DNA of 64,000 nt from an uncultured bacterium (GCA_964507645.1 CAZDPU010000003.1:4274-68273), one strand, 5' to 3'; shown: positions 18,682-29,165, counted from the first letter of the stretch. Numbers and translations: made by a program. The notes: generated by a model not told the origin, from the sequence alone.

Positions 18682-20125
18682 ATTTTAAAATTTCATTTTT
18701 CCATATATAAAGCATTGCGCAACCACATATCGAGATTTTTATCCAGTTGAAGATTTCTGGTTCAAGACCTTCAAACGTTACAAATAGTATCAATATGAAA
18801 ATCAGAAAATTCCTTGTCCTAGCTGAAGGGTTGAGTATTTTTCCTGAGTTCAACTGAAATTTTTTCAAAAGAAAAGCAACACCTACAATAATTGAGAATA
18901 TTGAGGAAACGGGGACAGCAATTAGTTTATTTTGGAAATCTCCATAGTAATAAAAAAACAGAACAAAAAGACAGCTTAGAAATTGTATAAATTTTATCCT
19001 TATAAGCTCTTTGTGTTCGTTTATCGCATAATAAGCTTTTGTAAGGATTGATTCAAATATCACGAAAGGCAAAGACAAAGATAATATTTTTAAAAGATTG
19101 GAAACTTGAGTTGTGTCTGAAGCTGTGAACTCTCCACGTTGAAAAAGCTGTTTAGTGAAAAAACTTGCTTCAAAAAAGAAATATATTGTCAGAGGCAGCG
19201 CTATAAGGAACCCCATTTTCAAGGCTTTCTCTAGCTCTCTAGAGAATTTTGGACTTTTTGAGTTTGAAATTTTTGAAAGCTCTGGAAGTGATGCCTGTGC
19301 AATACAGACTCCAATTAGGGAATTTGGAACTTGTATTAATCTTGTTGAAAAATAAAGCCAAGCGACAGATCCGCTCGCTAGTAATGTTGCATAATATCTT
19401 GTACTGATAAATGTGAGACTTTGGAAGATGCCGATACTTGCTCCTTGTGGATATTTTTTTTCAAATGCTTCTTGGTATTTGTTTGCCCAGTTGATTTTTG
19501 GCCATCTGTTTCCAAGCCCAAAAGCGTAGAGTTGAAAAATTACTCCAAGCCATGCTCCCCACCCTGCTCCTGCAGTCAAGGTTTCAACTGGGCTTTTTTC
19601 CATTAGATAAACAAATCCAATTATTGAAATGTTGAGGATTATGGGGGTTAGGGATGCTGCCAACATTCTTCCCTGGCTTCTCAATACAGAGCTTGCCCAT
19701 ATGCTTATTATTCCACCAGCTAAATAACCCGAAAGACCTCTTATCAAGCTGGATAAAATTTCAACATCTGTAGATTTGTATGCTGTTAAGAGGGTTGCAA
19801 TATTTTTAGAAAAAAGTGAAACTAAAATTAAAGAGGGTATCGAATAGGCTACTAGTTTTACCAAAAGAGAACCACTTGCAATTTCATGTTTGTCCTTTTG
19901 GTTTGAGATTTTTGAAAGTATAGGAATTGATATTGATTCAAGAGGTATATCAATTAAGGCTGTTTTTAGAGAAGAGAGAAATCCAAACCCTAAACCCCAG
20001 GCCTCCATAATTAAACCACTGCCAAAGTTAGAGGCAAAAAGATTGTCTCTTATGTATCCAGTTAGCTTGCTTGAAAAAATTCCTAAAAAATTTTTAAAGG
20101 TTCTTGTTTCTAGTTTTTTTTGCAA
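18671..20125 (-). CDS. murJ: Lipid II flippase MurJ/MviN
   Basis: 484 aa and multi-TM. The N-terminal SKLTGYIRDNLFASNFGSGLIMEAW matches the MurJ N-terminal motif. It lies adjacent to murG. Confidence 0.8.
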   Translation of the reverse strand: MQKKLETRTFKNFLGIFSSKLTGYIRDNLFASNFGSGLIMEAWGLGFGFLSSLKTALIDIPLESISIPILSKISNQKDKHEIASGSLLVKLVAYSIPSLILVSLFSKNIATLLTAYKSTDVEILSSLIRGLSGYLAGGIISIWASSVLRSQGRMLAASLTPIILNISIIGFVYLMEKSPVETLTAGAGWGAWLGVIFQLYAFGLGNRWPKINWANKYQEAFEKKYPQGASIGIFQSLTFISTRYYATLLASGSVAWLYFSTRLIQVPNSLIGVCIAQASLPELSKISNSKSPKFSRELEKALKMGFLIALPLTIYFFFEASFFTKQLFQRGEFTASDTTQVSNLLKILSLSLPFVIFESILTKAYYAINEHKELIRIKFIQFLSCLFVLFFYYYGDFQNKLIAVPVSSIFSIIVGVAFLLKKFQLNSGKILNPSARTRNFLIFILILFVTFEGLEPEIFNWIKISICGCAMLYIWKNEILKYEN

Positions 20126-20126
20126 A

Positions 20127-21353
20127 CTACTCTCTTCTCAAGGCTACGATTGGATCTAGCTTCGATGCTTGATTTGCTGGAATTAATCCAAAGATTAAAC
20201 CTATCAACGTTGAAACTGATGCTGATATGAAAAAAACAGTCATGTTGAATTGAGGTTCCCCTGGGAAATCTGGAATTCTTGCTATCGCATTGATTCCGAG
20301 GTATCCGAGAAGCATTCCCAATAGCCCACCCATCAAAGCAAGAGATATTGACTCAATAAGGAATTGAACTTGAATATCCCTATTTAGTGCTCCAAGAGCT
20401 TTTCTTAGGCCAATTTCACTAGTTCTTTCTGCAACTGTTACAAGCATAATGTTCATGATTCCGATTCCGCCAATTAGCAGAGATATGCTCCCTATAGCAA
20501 GAAGAAACATGTTGAATCCTTCTATGAATGCACTAACCGTATTTACTATTTCGCCTGAATTAAAAATTCCAAAATCATTCCCTTCAGAAAATTTTATATT
20601 GTGTCTTTTCCTTAGAAGCTCAACGATTTCCTGTTCTGTAAGGGCGATATCTCCAAGTGATTTTGCTTCGACGTTTATCGTTCCCACCCCTTTTCCTCCA
20701 GAGAAAAAAGATTTTGCTGTTGTTATCGGAATTAAAGCTATCTGGTCAGCGCTTGAAAAACCTCCATCATCTCTCCCCCCACCCTCTTTTGCACTCAAGA
20801 CACCAATAATTTCAAAAGAAACTCCACCCAAGGTTATATTTTCTCCAATCGGCTCTTGTCCAGGCAGCAATTTTTCCCACAAAGCAGGACCGATTACAAC
20901 AACTCTTTTTTTTCCTTCTACATCTAGAGGAGACAGGAATCTTCCTTCATCTATTTCATAAGACCTAACTGAAGAGTAAACTGGTGTTACGCCCCTTATG
21001 TCAGCATTAAGATTCCTATTCCCAACTCTTGCAATTTCTCGAGCACCAACTTCAGGTGCTGCAAAATTAACATGAGGAAGTTTTTCTATCTCTTCAGCAT
21101 CTTCAATTGTTAAAGGCTGTACTCTTTTCCTTGTCTCAACAGAGCTTTCATAATCTCTTCCAGGCCAAATTACCAGAAGGTTTGTTCCAAGCCCAGCCAT
21201 ACTTTCTTCAAAGTCCTTTTTAAAGCCTTCTCCTACTCCTGTGACTATTACGACAGAAGCAACACCAAACGTTATTCCAATGAGTGTTAAAAAGGATCTA
21301 AGGGGCTTTGAAAAGATTGCCCTTACTGCAAATTTTAAATTCTCAATGACCAT
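20127..21353 (-). CDS. MacB/FtsX-family ABC permease with periplasmic MacB_PCD domain
   Basis: TM1, then a periplasmic domain of about 220 aa, then three C-terminal TM helices containing the ERTSEIGLRKALGA FtsX motif. Confidence 0.85.
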   Translation of the reverse strand: MVIENLKFAVRAIFSKPLRSFLTLIGITFGVASVVIVTGVGEGFKKDFEESMAGLGTNLLVIWPGRDYESSVETRKRVQPLTIEDAEEIEKLPHVNFAAPEVGAREIARVGNRNLNADIRGVTPVYSSVRSYEIDEGRFLSPLDVEGKKRVVVIGPALWEKLLPGQEPIGENITLGGVSFEIIGVLSAKEGGGRDDGGFSSADQIALIPITTAKSFFSGGKGVGTINVEAKSLGDIALTEQEIVELLRKRHNIKFSEGNDFGIFNSGEIVNTVSAFIEGFNMFLLAIGSISLLIGGIGIMNIMLVTVAERTSEIGLRKALGALNRDIQVQFLIESISLALMGGLLGMLLGYLGINAIARIPDFPGEPQFNMTVFFISASVSTLIGLIFGLIPANQASKLDPIVALRRE

Positions 21354-22018
21354 TAGCTTATTTTTCCATCAAGTATTTCAATCGTTTTATCAGTTTTTTG
21401 AGCAATTTTGTGATCATGTGTAACAAGTATGACGGTTATGCCTCTTTGTTTTTGATCTTCTAGAATCTTTAAAATTTCATCACCTGTTTTGCTATCAAGA
21501 TTTCCTGTTGGCTCGTCAGCAAGTATTATTTCTGGATTGTTTACAAGAGATCTTGCTATTGCAACTCTTTGCATTTGCCCTCCAGAAAGTTCATTACTTT
21601 TGTGGTTTGCCCACCTTTCAAGACCTACCAAATCAAGGTATTTCATTGCTTGTTTTTTCTTTTCTTTTTTGTTTTTTCTTGAGTAAGCGAGAGGAAGTGC
21701 AACATTTTCCCATGCTGTTGTTGCTTGGAGAAGATGAAAGCTTTGAAAAACAAAACCAATTTTTTGATTTCTTAAAATAGCCAACTTGTTGCTATTTAAA
21801 TTGCTAATATCTTCTCCATCAAGAACATAAGAGCCTGTGGTTGGCTTATCCAACAATCCAATGATGTGCATTAAAGTACTTTTTCCAGATCCGGAGGGCC
21901 CTATGATAGAAAGGCTTTCTCCTTTCTCTATTTTCAAATCTACATTTTTCAATGCCTTGAAAGCTATCTTGCCAGTTCTGTAAATCTTCGATATATCTTT
22001 CAGCTCAATTAAAGACAT
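21353..22018 (-). CDS. ABC transporter ATP-binding protein (MacB/LolD type)
   Basis: GPSGSGKSTL, LSGGQMQRVAIARSL and ILADEPTGNLD. Confidence 0.9.
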   Translation of the reverse strand: MSLIELKDISKIYRTGKIAFKALKNVDLKIEKGESLSIIGPSGSGKSTLMHIIGLLDKPTTGSYVLDGEDISNLNSNKLAILRNQKIGFVFQSFHLLQATTAWENVALPLAYSRKNKKEKKKQAMKYLDLVGLERWANHKSNELSGGQMQRVAIARSLVNNPEIILADEPTGNLDSKTGDEILKILEDQKQRGITVILVTHDHKIAQKTDKTIEILDGKIS

Positions 22019-22023
22019 CGGTT

Positions 22024-23187
22024 TTAGTCTTTGGAAGGTCCGCCTCTGCCTCGACCACTTTTTGAACCAATCAGCTTCATTTCAAGATCTGCTGGAGGCC
22101 TATTTACAACTTCGTCTCCAAGAGAGACCCCTGATGAAATTTCAACATTTTCATCACCAATTTTTCCAACAGTAACAAGAGTTCTTTTTGGGGTTCCATT
22201 TTCATCTATTTTCCAAACAAATGTTTTTGAGTCTTCAAAAATTAAAGCTGTATCAGGAAGCCCAATAGTTTTGAATTCAGAAACAGTAAACCTCGCTTCT
22301 CCAGTCATCTTTGGTAGAAGTTTGTATTCTGAATTATCAATTCTGACTTCTATTTGATAATTAATTATCCCCCCGTAATCAATCCCCATTGGATAAACTC
22401 TATACAATTTCCCTTTGAAAGTTGAATCTGGTTGGCTTTGAACTTGTATATTGCAATCCATTCCTTCCTGAACAGTGCTAACTTCAGTTTCATCAACGAG
22501 GCCTAGAAATTTCATAGTTTTCATATCTCCGACAATAAGCAAGCTAGTTCCCCCTCCCATTCCTCCTGTTGCAGAAGAGACGGCAGAACCTTCTTCAACT
22601 AGTAGATTTAAAACTGTTCCATCTAGGGCGGAGTATATTGTTGCATTCCCAAGTTCTTCCTGGGCTTCATTAACCCTTTCAAGGACTTCTTGAAGATTTG
22701 CTTCTTGTATCTTCAGTGTCAATTCCGACCTTTCAAATCTTTCTTCAGCCTGGAAAAGTTCTTCTTGGGTTCCAAAACCTTTTTGGACCAGCTCCCTCGT
22801 TCTTTCAAGATTTCTTCTTGACGACTCTAGTTCAAGCTCTGAGGATTTTAAACTCGCCTCTGAAGAGGTCTTGGTTGCCAAGGCTTGATTGAGTTTTGAT
22901 TTTAGTAATTTTTCGTCTAGTTTTATTAATTCTTGTCCCTTGTGTACCTTGTCCCCTTTTTCAACTAGAACTTCTGAGACTATTCCAGAAGCCTCACTTT
23001 TTACTTCAACTTCTATAAGGGGTTGAATTGAACCATATGCAACAACTGTTCTTTTTATTGTTATGTTTTCAACTGTTGTTTTTTCTAATTCATCGAGTTG
23101 GAAGTTTTCTTTTTTTGCCCAAGGGCTAGAGCAGGATGGAAAAATTATAGCTAAAAAGAAAATAAATATGTATTTTCTCATTTTCAA
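22024..23187 (-). CDS. Periplasmic adaptor (HlyD/MacA family) lipoprotein
   Basis: Lipobox IFPSC, a biotinyl-lipoyl-like hairpin, a coiled coil, and a beta-barrel domain. It lies upstream of the MacB-type genes. Confidence 0.8.
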   Translation of the reverse strand: MKMRKYIFIFFLAIIFPSCSSPWAKKENFQLDELEKTTVENITIKRTVVAYGSIQPLIEVEVKSEASGIVSEVLVEKGDKVHKGQELIKLDEKLLKSKLNQALATKTSSEASLKSSELELESSRRNLERTRELVQKGFGTQEELFQAEERFERSELTLKIQEANLQEVLERVNEAQEELGNATIYSALDGTVLNLLVEEGSAVSSATGGMGGGTSLLIVGDMKTMKFLGLVDETEVSTVQEGMDCNIQVQSQPDSTFKGKLYRVYPMGIDYGGIINYQIEVRIDNSEYKLLPKMTGEARFTVSEFKTIGLPDTALIFEDSKTFVWKIDENGTPKRTLVTVGKIGDENVEISSGVSLGDEVVNRPPADLEMKLIGSKSGRGRGGPSKD

Positions 23188-23540
23188 GGAACGATTATCT
23201 TTCTTTCGCCACCCTCTTTCATCCCTTCTTCAATCGTCTTGTTTACTTTTTGCATGAGTTTTTCAAAATTCATTTGGGCAGCAACGAATTGTTGATAGAT
23301 TGGCTTTGCTTCAACTTTCATCTGAACTGCCTCTATTTTCTTTTTTAGTTCATCAGGGATTTCAGTTCCTCTTGCTTTCATTCCATAGGCTTGATCTTGT
23401 AAAGCCTGCATTTGGCCTAAAAAACCTTTGAGTTCTTCATCTTTACCCAGGGACTCTTGAGCCCTTCTTATAGCTTTCGCTTCTTCGGATTGGCCTAAAT
23501 TTAAACCTAGGCTCTTGGCTTTTTCAAAAATTGTGTCCAT
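23184..23540 (-). CDS. YlbF/YmcA-like helical protein
   Basis: A 118-aa all-helical sequence (IFEKAKSLG...EEAKAIRRAQESLGKDEELKGFLGQMQALQ...) that resembles the YlbF family pattern. I chose the start ATG at 23538-23540; the longer ORF would run into the divergent pgm-like gene. Confidence 0.4.
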   Translation of the reverse strand: MDTIFEKAKSLGLNLGQSEEAKAIRRAQESLGKDEELKGFLGQMQALQDQAYGMKARGTEIPDELKKKIEAVQMKVEAKPIYQQFVAAQMNFEKLMQKVNKTIEEGMKEGGERKIIVP

Positions 23541-23577
23541 AATTCCTTTATCATAATCTCTATTAGGATAAAAAAAC

Positions 23578-24984
23578 ATGGCAACGCCTATTAAATTTGG
23601 GACTGATGGCTGGAGGGCAGAGATTGGTTTTGACTTCAATGAAAACAACCTAAGAAGGTTGATGCATTCGGTAGGAAGAAGAATAAATGACATGGTTGAT
23701 GGCAGAGCTCATGTTTGTGTTGGGTATGACACTAGATTCAAGGCTAGAGATTTTTCTTCTATAGCTGTGGAGTGTTTGATTTCAGAAGGTTGTCATGTTC
23801 TTTTTTCTCAGTCTTTTTGCCCTACTCCAAGTTTGTCTTTGTCTGTTAGGAAGCTAGAAGCAGACCTGGGTGTTCAGATTACGGCAAGCCATAATCCTTA
23901 TACATATTTAGGAGTCAAACTAAAAGGTTCAAACGGGGGACCTTTATCCTCGGAAATAATTTCTCAGATTGAATCTGAAATTGAATCTGAAGTTTTTGAT
24001 ATGTCTGACAAAAGGCTAAGGCCTCATGTTCCTCAAGATTTTAATCAAATTTACAGAGAGGAAATTGAAGAACTGGTTGATTTTAATGTTTTGAAAAAAT
24101 CCAAGAGAAGTATTTTTGTTGATTTTATGCATGGTGCTCAAATAGATTTATTCAAAGGCATTTTTATCAATCCTGGCAACATGACTATTTCGTATATCAG
24201 AGATTTTAAAGATTCAACATTTGGGAATGTGACCCCTGAGCCTATTCCTTCAAATTTAAAAATACTTTCTGATTCGGTTCTTGCTTCTCGAAAAAACTCT
24301 ATAGGAATGTCTTTTGATGGAGATGGGGATAGGTTTGCTCTTTGTGACGAAAGGGGTGAGGTCCTATGGCCTCAAGAAACATTTGCGATTATTGCAGACA
24401 TTCTCATGAAGGAAGGCAAAGGGAATATTGCAAAAAGTCTTCCAACGTCACTATGGTTAAACAGAATTGCAAGTAAATACAAGGTTGAACTGATTGAAAC
24501 CCCTGTTGGATTTAAATACCTTTCAGATTATTTAGACAATAGGGAAGCATTGATTGCAGGAGAGGAGTCTGGAGGTGTTGGATTTAGTTTTCATATCCCA
24601 GAAAGGGATGGCCTATTAGCTTCTTTGAAGATTGTAGAACATCTGATAAAAGAAAAAAAAACTTTAAGAAATTTGAGAAAAGATCTAAGGAAGACGTATG
24701 GAGATTTTCATTACGAAAGAGAAGATTTGAATGTTGAAAGTAGCATTGTCGATTCGATCAGGAAGGATCCAGAAAAACACATTAATCCTCTATGCAAGAA
24801 GTTTGGTATAACCAAAAAACAAATTATTTTAGAAGACGGTATAAAGTTAAATTTAAATAAGGATAGCTGGGTTATGGTTAGAGCAAGTGGCACAGAGCCT
24901 GTCTTGAGGGTTTATTGTGAGTCTTTGGAAAAAAAGAATGTTCCTTCAATTATTAATGATTTCAAAAAGACTCTATTTGAATAG
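23578..24984 (+). CDS. Phosphoglucomutase/phosphomannomutase family (alpha-D-phosphohexomutase)
   Basis: Catalytic loop ITASHNP, metal loop FDGDGDRF, sugar loop GEESGG, phosphate loop RASGTEP. Confidence 0.9.
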   Translation: MATPIKFGTDGWRAEIGFDFNENNLRRLMHSVGRRINDMVDGRAHVCVGYDTRFKARDFSSIAVECLISEGCHVLFSQSFCPTPSLSLSVRKLEADLGVQITASHNPYTYLGVKLKGSNGGPLSSEIISQIESEIESEVFDMSDKRLRPHVPQDFNQIYREEIEELVDFNVLKKSKRSIFVDFMHGAQIDLFKGIFINPGNMTISYIRDFKDSTFGNVTPEPIPSNLKILSDSVLASRKNSIGMSFDGDGDRFALCDERGEVLWPQETFAIIADILMKEGKGNIAKSLPTSLWLNRIASKYKVELIETPVGFKYLSDYLDNREALIAGEESGGVGFSFHIPERDGLLASLKIVEHLIKEKKTLRNLRKDLRKTYGDFHYEREDLNVESSIVDSIRKDPEKHINPLCKKFGITKKQIILEDGIKLNLNKDSWVMVRASGTEPVLRVYCESLEKKNVPSIINDFKKTLFE

Positions 24985-25656
24985 TTTTTCCAAATTTAAT
25001 TTTTGCCATTTTTTAAATTTGTCATTGATGTTTGAAAATTCCCAGAATGATTCTTTTTCATTGATTCTTAATACATTCGAAGACACTCTTTGAATATATT
25101 TGTTTTCTAGCTCTTTCGATTCTAAATTTTTTTTCATTTCAGATTTGAAGTTTTTGTAATTTAGGTTTTTGCATTTATTTTTGAGCTCTTTTATCCTTTT
25201 GCAGCTCTTGTCATTCAATAAATAATTTGAAATGTAGTAATTTCCTTTTTCCAGCCCTGTTATAGTTTTTGTAATATTGTTGGCGTAAAAAACTTTATCA
25301 GCGTTCCCAAATATTAAATTAAAGCCTTCATAAGGGCCGCTTTTAACTTTTTCCCGAACATAAGAAAGGCATTCTTGAATTGTTTTTTTTGAAAGCAGGT
25401 TTAAAAGAAGCAAACCTCTCGATGTTTTTTTGGATAATTTCTTTTCATGCCTGTTTGTGACAAGGCAGAATATTTTTTTTTCATTGATTCCGAACCAGGT
25501 TCCTCCAGCTTTTTTATCTATTCCTGAAATTATTTTTGTTTTTTTATATGTAAAAATTTTTGGAGATTCAAATTTCCTAAAAGGTGATTCTTCTCTGTTG
25601 AATCCAATGGATATTGAATCATCTAGTGTTTTTATGAAAATTGAAGATATGCACAT
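24973..25656 (-). CDS. NRDE/TANGO2-family protein
   Basis: It starts with MC (Ntn-type Cys2) and has GFNREE, GGTWFGIN and LVTNR motifs. Confidence 0.6.
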   Translation of the reverse strand: MCISSIFIKTLDDSISIGFNREESPFRKFESPKIFTYKKTKIISGIDKKAGGTWFGINEKKIFCLVTNRHEKKLSKKTSRGLLLLNLLSKKTIQECLSYVREKVKSGPYEGFNLIFGNADKVFYANNITKTITGLEKGNYYISNYLLNDKSCKRIKELKNKCKNLNYKNFKSEMKKNLESKELENKYIQRVSSNVLRINEKESFWEFSNINDKFKKWQKLNLEKLFK

Positions 25657-27366
25657 TCAGAGTTCATTCCATCCCGGAACTCCTTCTTGGCTTATGTTGT
25701 TTATTTTTTTGTTTATTTCATTTATTTTTTTGATTTTGTCTTTTTTTTCCGAGATCGAGACAAGCCTTCTTTCTTTTTTCAAGTTTCTCAAAATCAATAT
25801 TTTTAAAATTTCTTCAACATCTTCAATGGTTGTTTTTTCTTCTGATATTAAAGATCCTGTCATGAATGAAATTTCTTTTTCTTCTAGCTGTTCTGCTAAA
25901 ATTTTTGGATTTACAGATTTGATGCTATTCATTACGAAAAAAATGTTTCTTATTTTTTCATTTTGAAATTCATGAATATTGTATTCATTTAATATTTCAG
26001 ATATCAGATCCCATTTATTTGGATTCTTAAAAAGGTATTTGAAAAGTTCTTCTTCCTCAGATACAAACTTCTTTTTTTCCTGCCTATAGCCCTCTTTCTT
26101 TTTTGGAATTTCTTTTTTCAATTCCGTAATTACTAAGTGTTTTGGAAGAACAAAAGATTGAGATATTTTTTCAATTATTTGATCCTGTAAAAAATCCTTA
26201 TCAATATTTTCAATTATTGGTTTTATTTTTTCAATTGCACGTTGTTTTGAAATTTCAGTTTTAAGGCCATTTTCTTCTTTGACTATTTGTTGTAATTTGA
26301 AATCCAATGCATTTTCTTTTTTTGCAGCTGTCCAACCTTCTTTGCCTTTTTCCCTCAACCACTCATCAGGGTCCTTGCCTTCGGGAGGAATTACAACCAG
26401 GGGTTCGATTCCTGCTTTTAAAAAAGTTCCAATTGCTTTATTTGCTGCCATTACCCCTTTTTCATCTCCGTCCATAACTATGATTGCTTCATTTTTAACT
26501 CTTTTAACCATATAGGCTTGATTTTCTGAAAAGGCTGTTCCTAATGGTGCAACAGCACCCCCTATACCTTCTTTTTCAAACCTTAAGACATCAGCCTGTC
26601 CTTCACAAAGTATCAAAGGCCCTTTGTCCTTTCTTGCATTATGCCAGTTGTACAAAAGTTCACTTTTTTTAAAAATGGATGAATTTGGTGAGTTTACATA
26701 TTTTCTTGGATTTTTATTGTCGAGAGTTCTTGCTGACCACCCTCTTATCCTTCCAAGAGAATCTCTTATTGGAAAAGAAACTCTTTCAGCAAAATACTCC
26801 CAATCATTTTGGTATTTTTTTTCTGGATCAGATTTTTTTATAACTCCGAGGTCAATAAAGATTTTTTTATCTATTTTCTTCTTCTTGATGTATTCTTTGA
26901 ACAATCCTCCCTGAGGAAGCCAGGCTCCAATTCCCTGATCAACACACCATTCTGTTTCAAATCCTCTTTTTTCCATGTAATTTCTAAACCTTTTTCCATA
27001 ATCTGTATCTTTGAATATCTTTACAACCCATGCATTAAGGTCTTCAAGAATCCGATAATCTGATTTTTCTGTTGAGTTGGATTTTTTATAAGTTAGTTCT
27101 ATGTTGTGCTTTTCTGCAAGATATATTAAAGCTTCAGAAAATTCTAAATTTTGTTTTTCTTGTATAAATTTAAATATGTCCCCAGATGCCCCACATGAAA
27201 AACAGTTATAAAGTCCCTTTTCTTCACTTACAGAAAATGATGGATTTTTGTCATTGTGAAAAGGGCAAAGCCCTGTCCAGCTTGAACCACTTTTTTTTAA
27301 TTTTGTATATTCGCTTATCGTGTCAACAATTGAAACTTCATAGCGAATTTTGTCTCTGTCATCCAT
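25657..27366 (-). CDS. dnaG: DNA primase
   Basis: Zinc ribbon CPFHNDKNPSFSVS...YNCFSCGASGD and a TOPRIM region (ILCEGQADV, VMDGDEKG). Confidence 0.92.
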   Translation of the reverse strand: MDDRDKIRYEVSIVDTISEYTKLKKSGSSWTGLCPFHNDKNPSFSVSEEKGLYNCFSCGASGDIFKFIQEKQNLEFSEALIYLAEKHNIELTYKKSNSTEKSDYRILEDLNAWVVKIFKDTDYGKRFRNYMEKRGFETEWCVDQGIGAWLPQGGLFKEYIKKKKIDKKIFIDLGVIKKSDPEKKYQNDWEYFAERVSFPIRDSLGRIRGWSARTLDNKNPRKYVNSPNSSIFKKSELLYNWHNARKDKGPLILCEGQADVLRFEKEGIGGAVAPLGTAFSENQAYMVKRVKNEAIIVMDGDEKGVMAANKAIGTFLKAGIEPLVVIPPEGKDPDEWLREKGKEGWTAAKKENALDFKLQQIVKEENGLKTEISKQRAIEKIKPIIENIDKDFLQDQIIEKISQSFVLPKHLVITELKKEIPKKKEGYRQEKKKFVSEEEELFKYLFKNPNKWDLISEILNEYNIHEFQNEKIRNIFFVMNSIKSVNPKILAEQLEEKEISFMTGSLISEEKTTIEDVEEILKILILRNLKKERRLVSISEKKDKIKKINEINKKINNISQEGVPGWNEL

Positions 27367-28559
27367 TAAAAAGTTATGTTACCAGTGTTTCTGTTTAGCT
27401 CTTCTCCTTCTAAGAATTCGACATTTGTTTTATGGCTGTTTATTCCATTGAGCATAACCTCTAGGCTCTCTACCGGATCTAAAGAAGAAAGCATTCTTCT
27501 TAATTTCCATATTTTTCTTAATTCCTCTTCCTGGTAAAGAAGTTCTTCATGCCTTGTTGAGGATTTGTTTATATCCACAGCTGGATAGAGCCTTCTGTTT
27601 GCTAGTCCTCTATCAAGATGAACTTCTAGATTTCCTGTTCCTTTAAACTCTTCATATATTATGTCATCCAGTTTTGACCCTGTGTCAACGAGTGCTGTAG
27701 CAATAATGGTCAAAGATCCTCCATTCTCTATGTTTCTTGCTGACCCAAAAAACCTTTTTGGTTTATACAAACTTGCAGGATCAAGCCCTCCGGACAAGGT
27801 TCTTCCGCTTGAGCTTACAGTGAGGTTGTATGCTCTGGCTAATCTGGTTATAGAGTCTAAAAGTATAACAACGTCTTTGCCTTGTTCTGCTAAGCTTTTT
27901 GCATGTTCTATAACCAATTCAGCAACATGGGTATGGTTTTCTGGCCTCTCATCAAATGTGCTTGATATAACCTCCCCTTCTATAGATCTTTCAAAATCTG
28001 TAACTTCCTCAGGCCTTTCATCAATCAATAATGCAAATAATTTTACTTTTGGATGATTTTGTGAAATTGAGTCAGCTATGTCTTTTAAGATTGTTGTTTT
28101 TCCAGCTTTTGGAGGAGAAACAATTAATGCCCTTTGGCCAAGTCCAATTGGAGCAATGATGTCAATTATTCTCGCTGTTGTTTTTAGTGGTGTCGTTTCA
28201 AGCCTGATTCTTTGATTTGGATATATTGGGGTTAATTTTTCAAACGTTTTTCTTTTTTTCATGTAATCTTTTGGTGAAGATGAGCCATTGATGGAAATGA
28301 TATCTGAGATTGCTGCATGCTTCTCTTTCCTCATTTTCCTTGGAGGGATTATTTTTGCTTCAACAACATCACCAGTTTTGAGTTTGAATTTATTTTTAAT
28401 TAACTGAGGAATAAAAACATCATCACTACTTTGAGTCCATCTGTTCACCCTTACAAATCCATGTCTATCAGTCAGGTCAACAACTCCCTTTCTATTGGTT
28501 AGCTTTTCTATTTTTTTCTCTTCTGCCTTTGGCTTCTCTTCTTTTGGCTTATTTTCCAT
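27366..28559 (-). CDS. rho: Transcription termination factor Rho
   Basis: CSD-like N-terminal domain (GFVRV...), Walker A SPPKAGKTT, LLIDERPEEV and the RecA-type core. The N-terminus is short and Lys/Glu-rich. Confidence 0.93.
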   Translation of the reverse strand: MENKPKEEKPKAEEKKIEKLTNRKGVVDLTDRHGFVRVNRWTQSSDDVFIPQLIKNKFKLKTGDVVEAKIIPPRKMRKEKHAAISDIISINGSSSPKDYMKKRKTFEKLTPIYPNQRIRLETTPLKTTARIIDIIAPIGLGQRALIVSPPKAGKTTILKDIADSISQNHPKVKLFALLIDERPEEVTDFERSIEGEVISSTFDERPENHTHVAELVIEHAKSLAEQGKDVVILLDSITRLARAYNLTVSSSGRTLSGGLDPASLYKPKRFFGSARNIENGGSLTIIATALVDTGSKLDDIIYEEFKGTGNLEVHLDRGLANRRLYPAVDINKSSTRHEELLYQEEELRKIWKLRRMLSSLDPVESLEVMLNGINSHKTNVEFLEGEELNRNTGNITF

Positions 28560-28560
28560 A

Positions 28561-29088
28561 TTATTTCCTCACTTTTTCAAGATTTCTTATTTCTTCTAAA
28601 TTTCTAAATTTTTGATTAATGTCTAGTCCGTATCCAACAAGGTAGTCATCTTTTATCTGAAACCCGGAGTAGTCAATTTGAACACCTTTAACCCTGTTGG
28701 CTTTTCTCTCCAGCAGGGAAACTATTTTTACAGAGGCAGGGTTTCTTGCAAGAATTATTTTTTTCAAATAGTTCAATGTAAGTCCGGTATCAACTATATT
28801 TTCAATAATTATTACATGTTTGCTTTCGATCGAGATATCAAGGTCTTTTTTTATTTGAACTTGGCCAGTTGAGCTTGTTCCCTCAAAGGATGAAGTTGCT
28901 AAAAAATCTATTTCACAATTGGTATTTATGTTTTTTATTAAATCTGAAGCAAAAATGAAACTTCCTTTAAGGACAACTATAAAAGAAATTTCTTTCCCCT
29001 GGTAGTCACTATCTATTTTATTTGCAATACTCTTGACCTTGTTTTTGATTTCTTCTTTTGAGAAAAGTATTTTTCCAAGTTTATTCAT
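28561..29088 (-). CDS. hpt: Hypoxanthine phosphoribosyltransferase
   Basis: PRPP loop VIIIENIVDTGLTL and the C-terminal DDYLVGYGLD. Confidence 0.9.
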   Translation of the reverse strand: MNKLGKILFSKEEIKNKVKSIANKIDSDYQGKEISFIVVLKGSFIFASDLIKNINTNCEIDFLATSSFEGTSSTGQVQIKKDLDISIESKHVIIIENIVDTGLTLNYLKKIILARNPASVKIVSLLERKANRVKGVQIDYSGFQIKDDYLVGYGLDINQKFRNLEEIRNLEKVRK

Positions 29089-29106
29089 GGCTTTTTATAA
29101 CAATTT

Positions 29107-29165
29107 TTGATCCCATTTGATGTTTGATGGCGGCTTTGCGGAAATATCGTGCCGCAACGATTTGT
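29107..29165 (-). pseudogene. Relic copy of the guaA 3' end (last ~19 codons, stop lost)
   Basis: The minus-strand translation KSLRHDISAKPPSNIKWDQ aligns codon for codon with the true GuaA C-terminus NRCVYDVSTKPPSTIEWE* at 29394-29450. About 29 of 42 nt are identical over the last 14 codons. Confidence 0.7.

Noticed and set aside
20449-20961. A 170-aa plus-strand ORF inside the MacB-type permease gene. Similar antisense ORFs lie at 3555-4055, 25430-25966, 31050-31781 and 34393-34794.
   Set aside because: All lie opposite genes with clear family signatures and have compositionally biased translations. I treat them as non-coding shadow ORFs.
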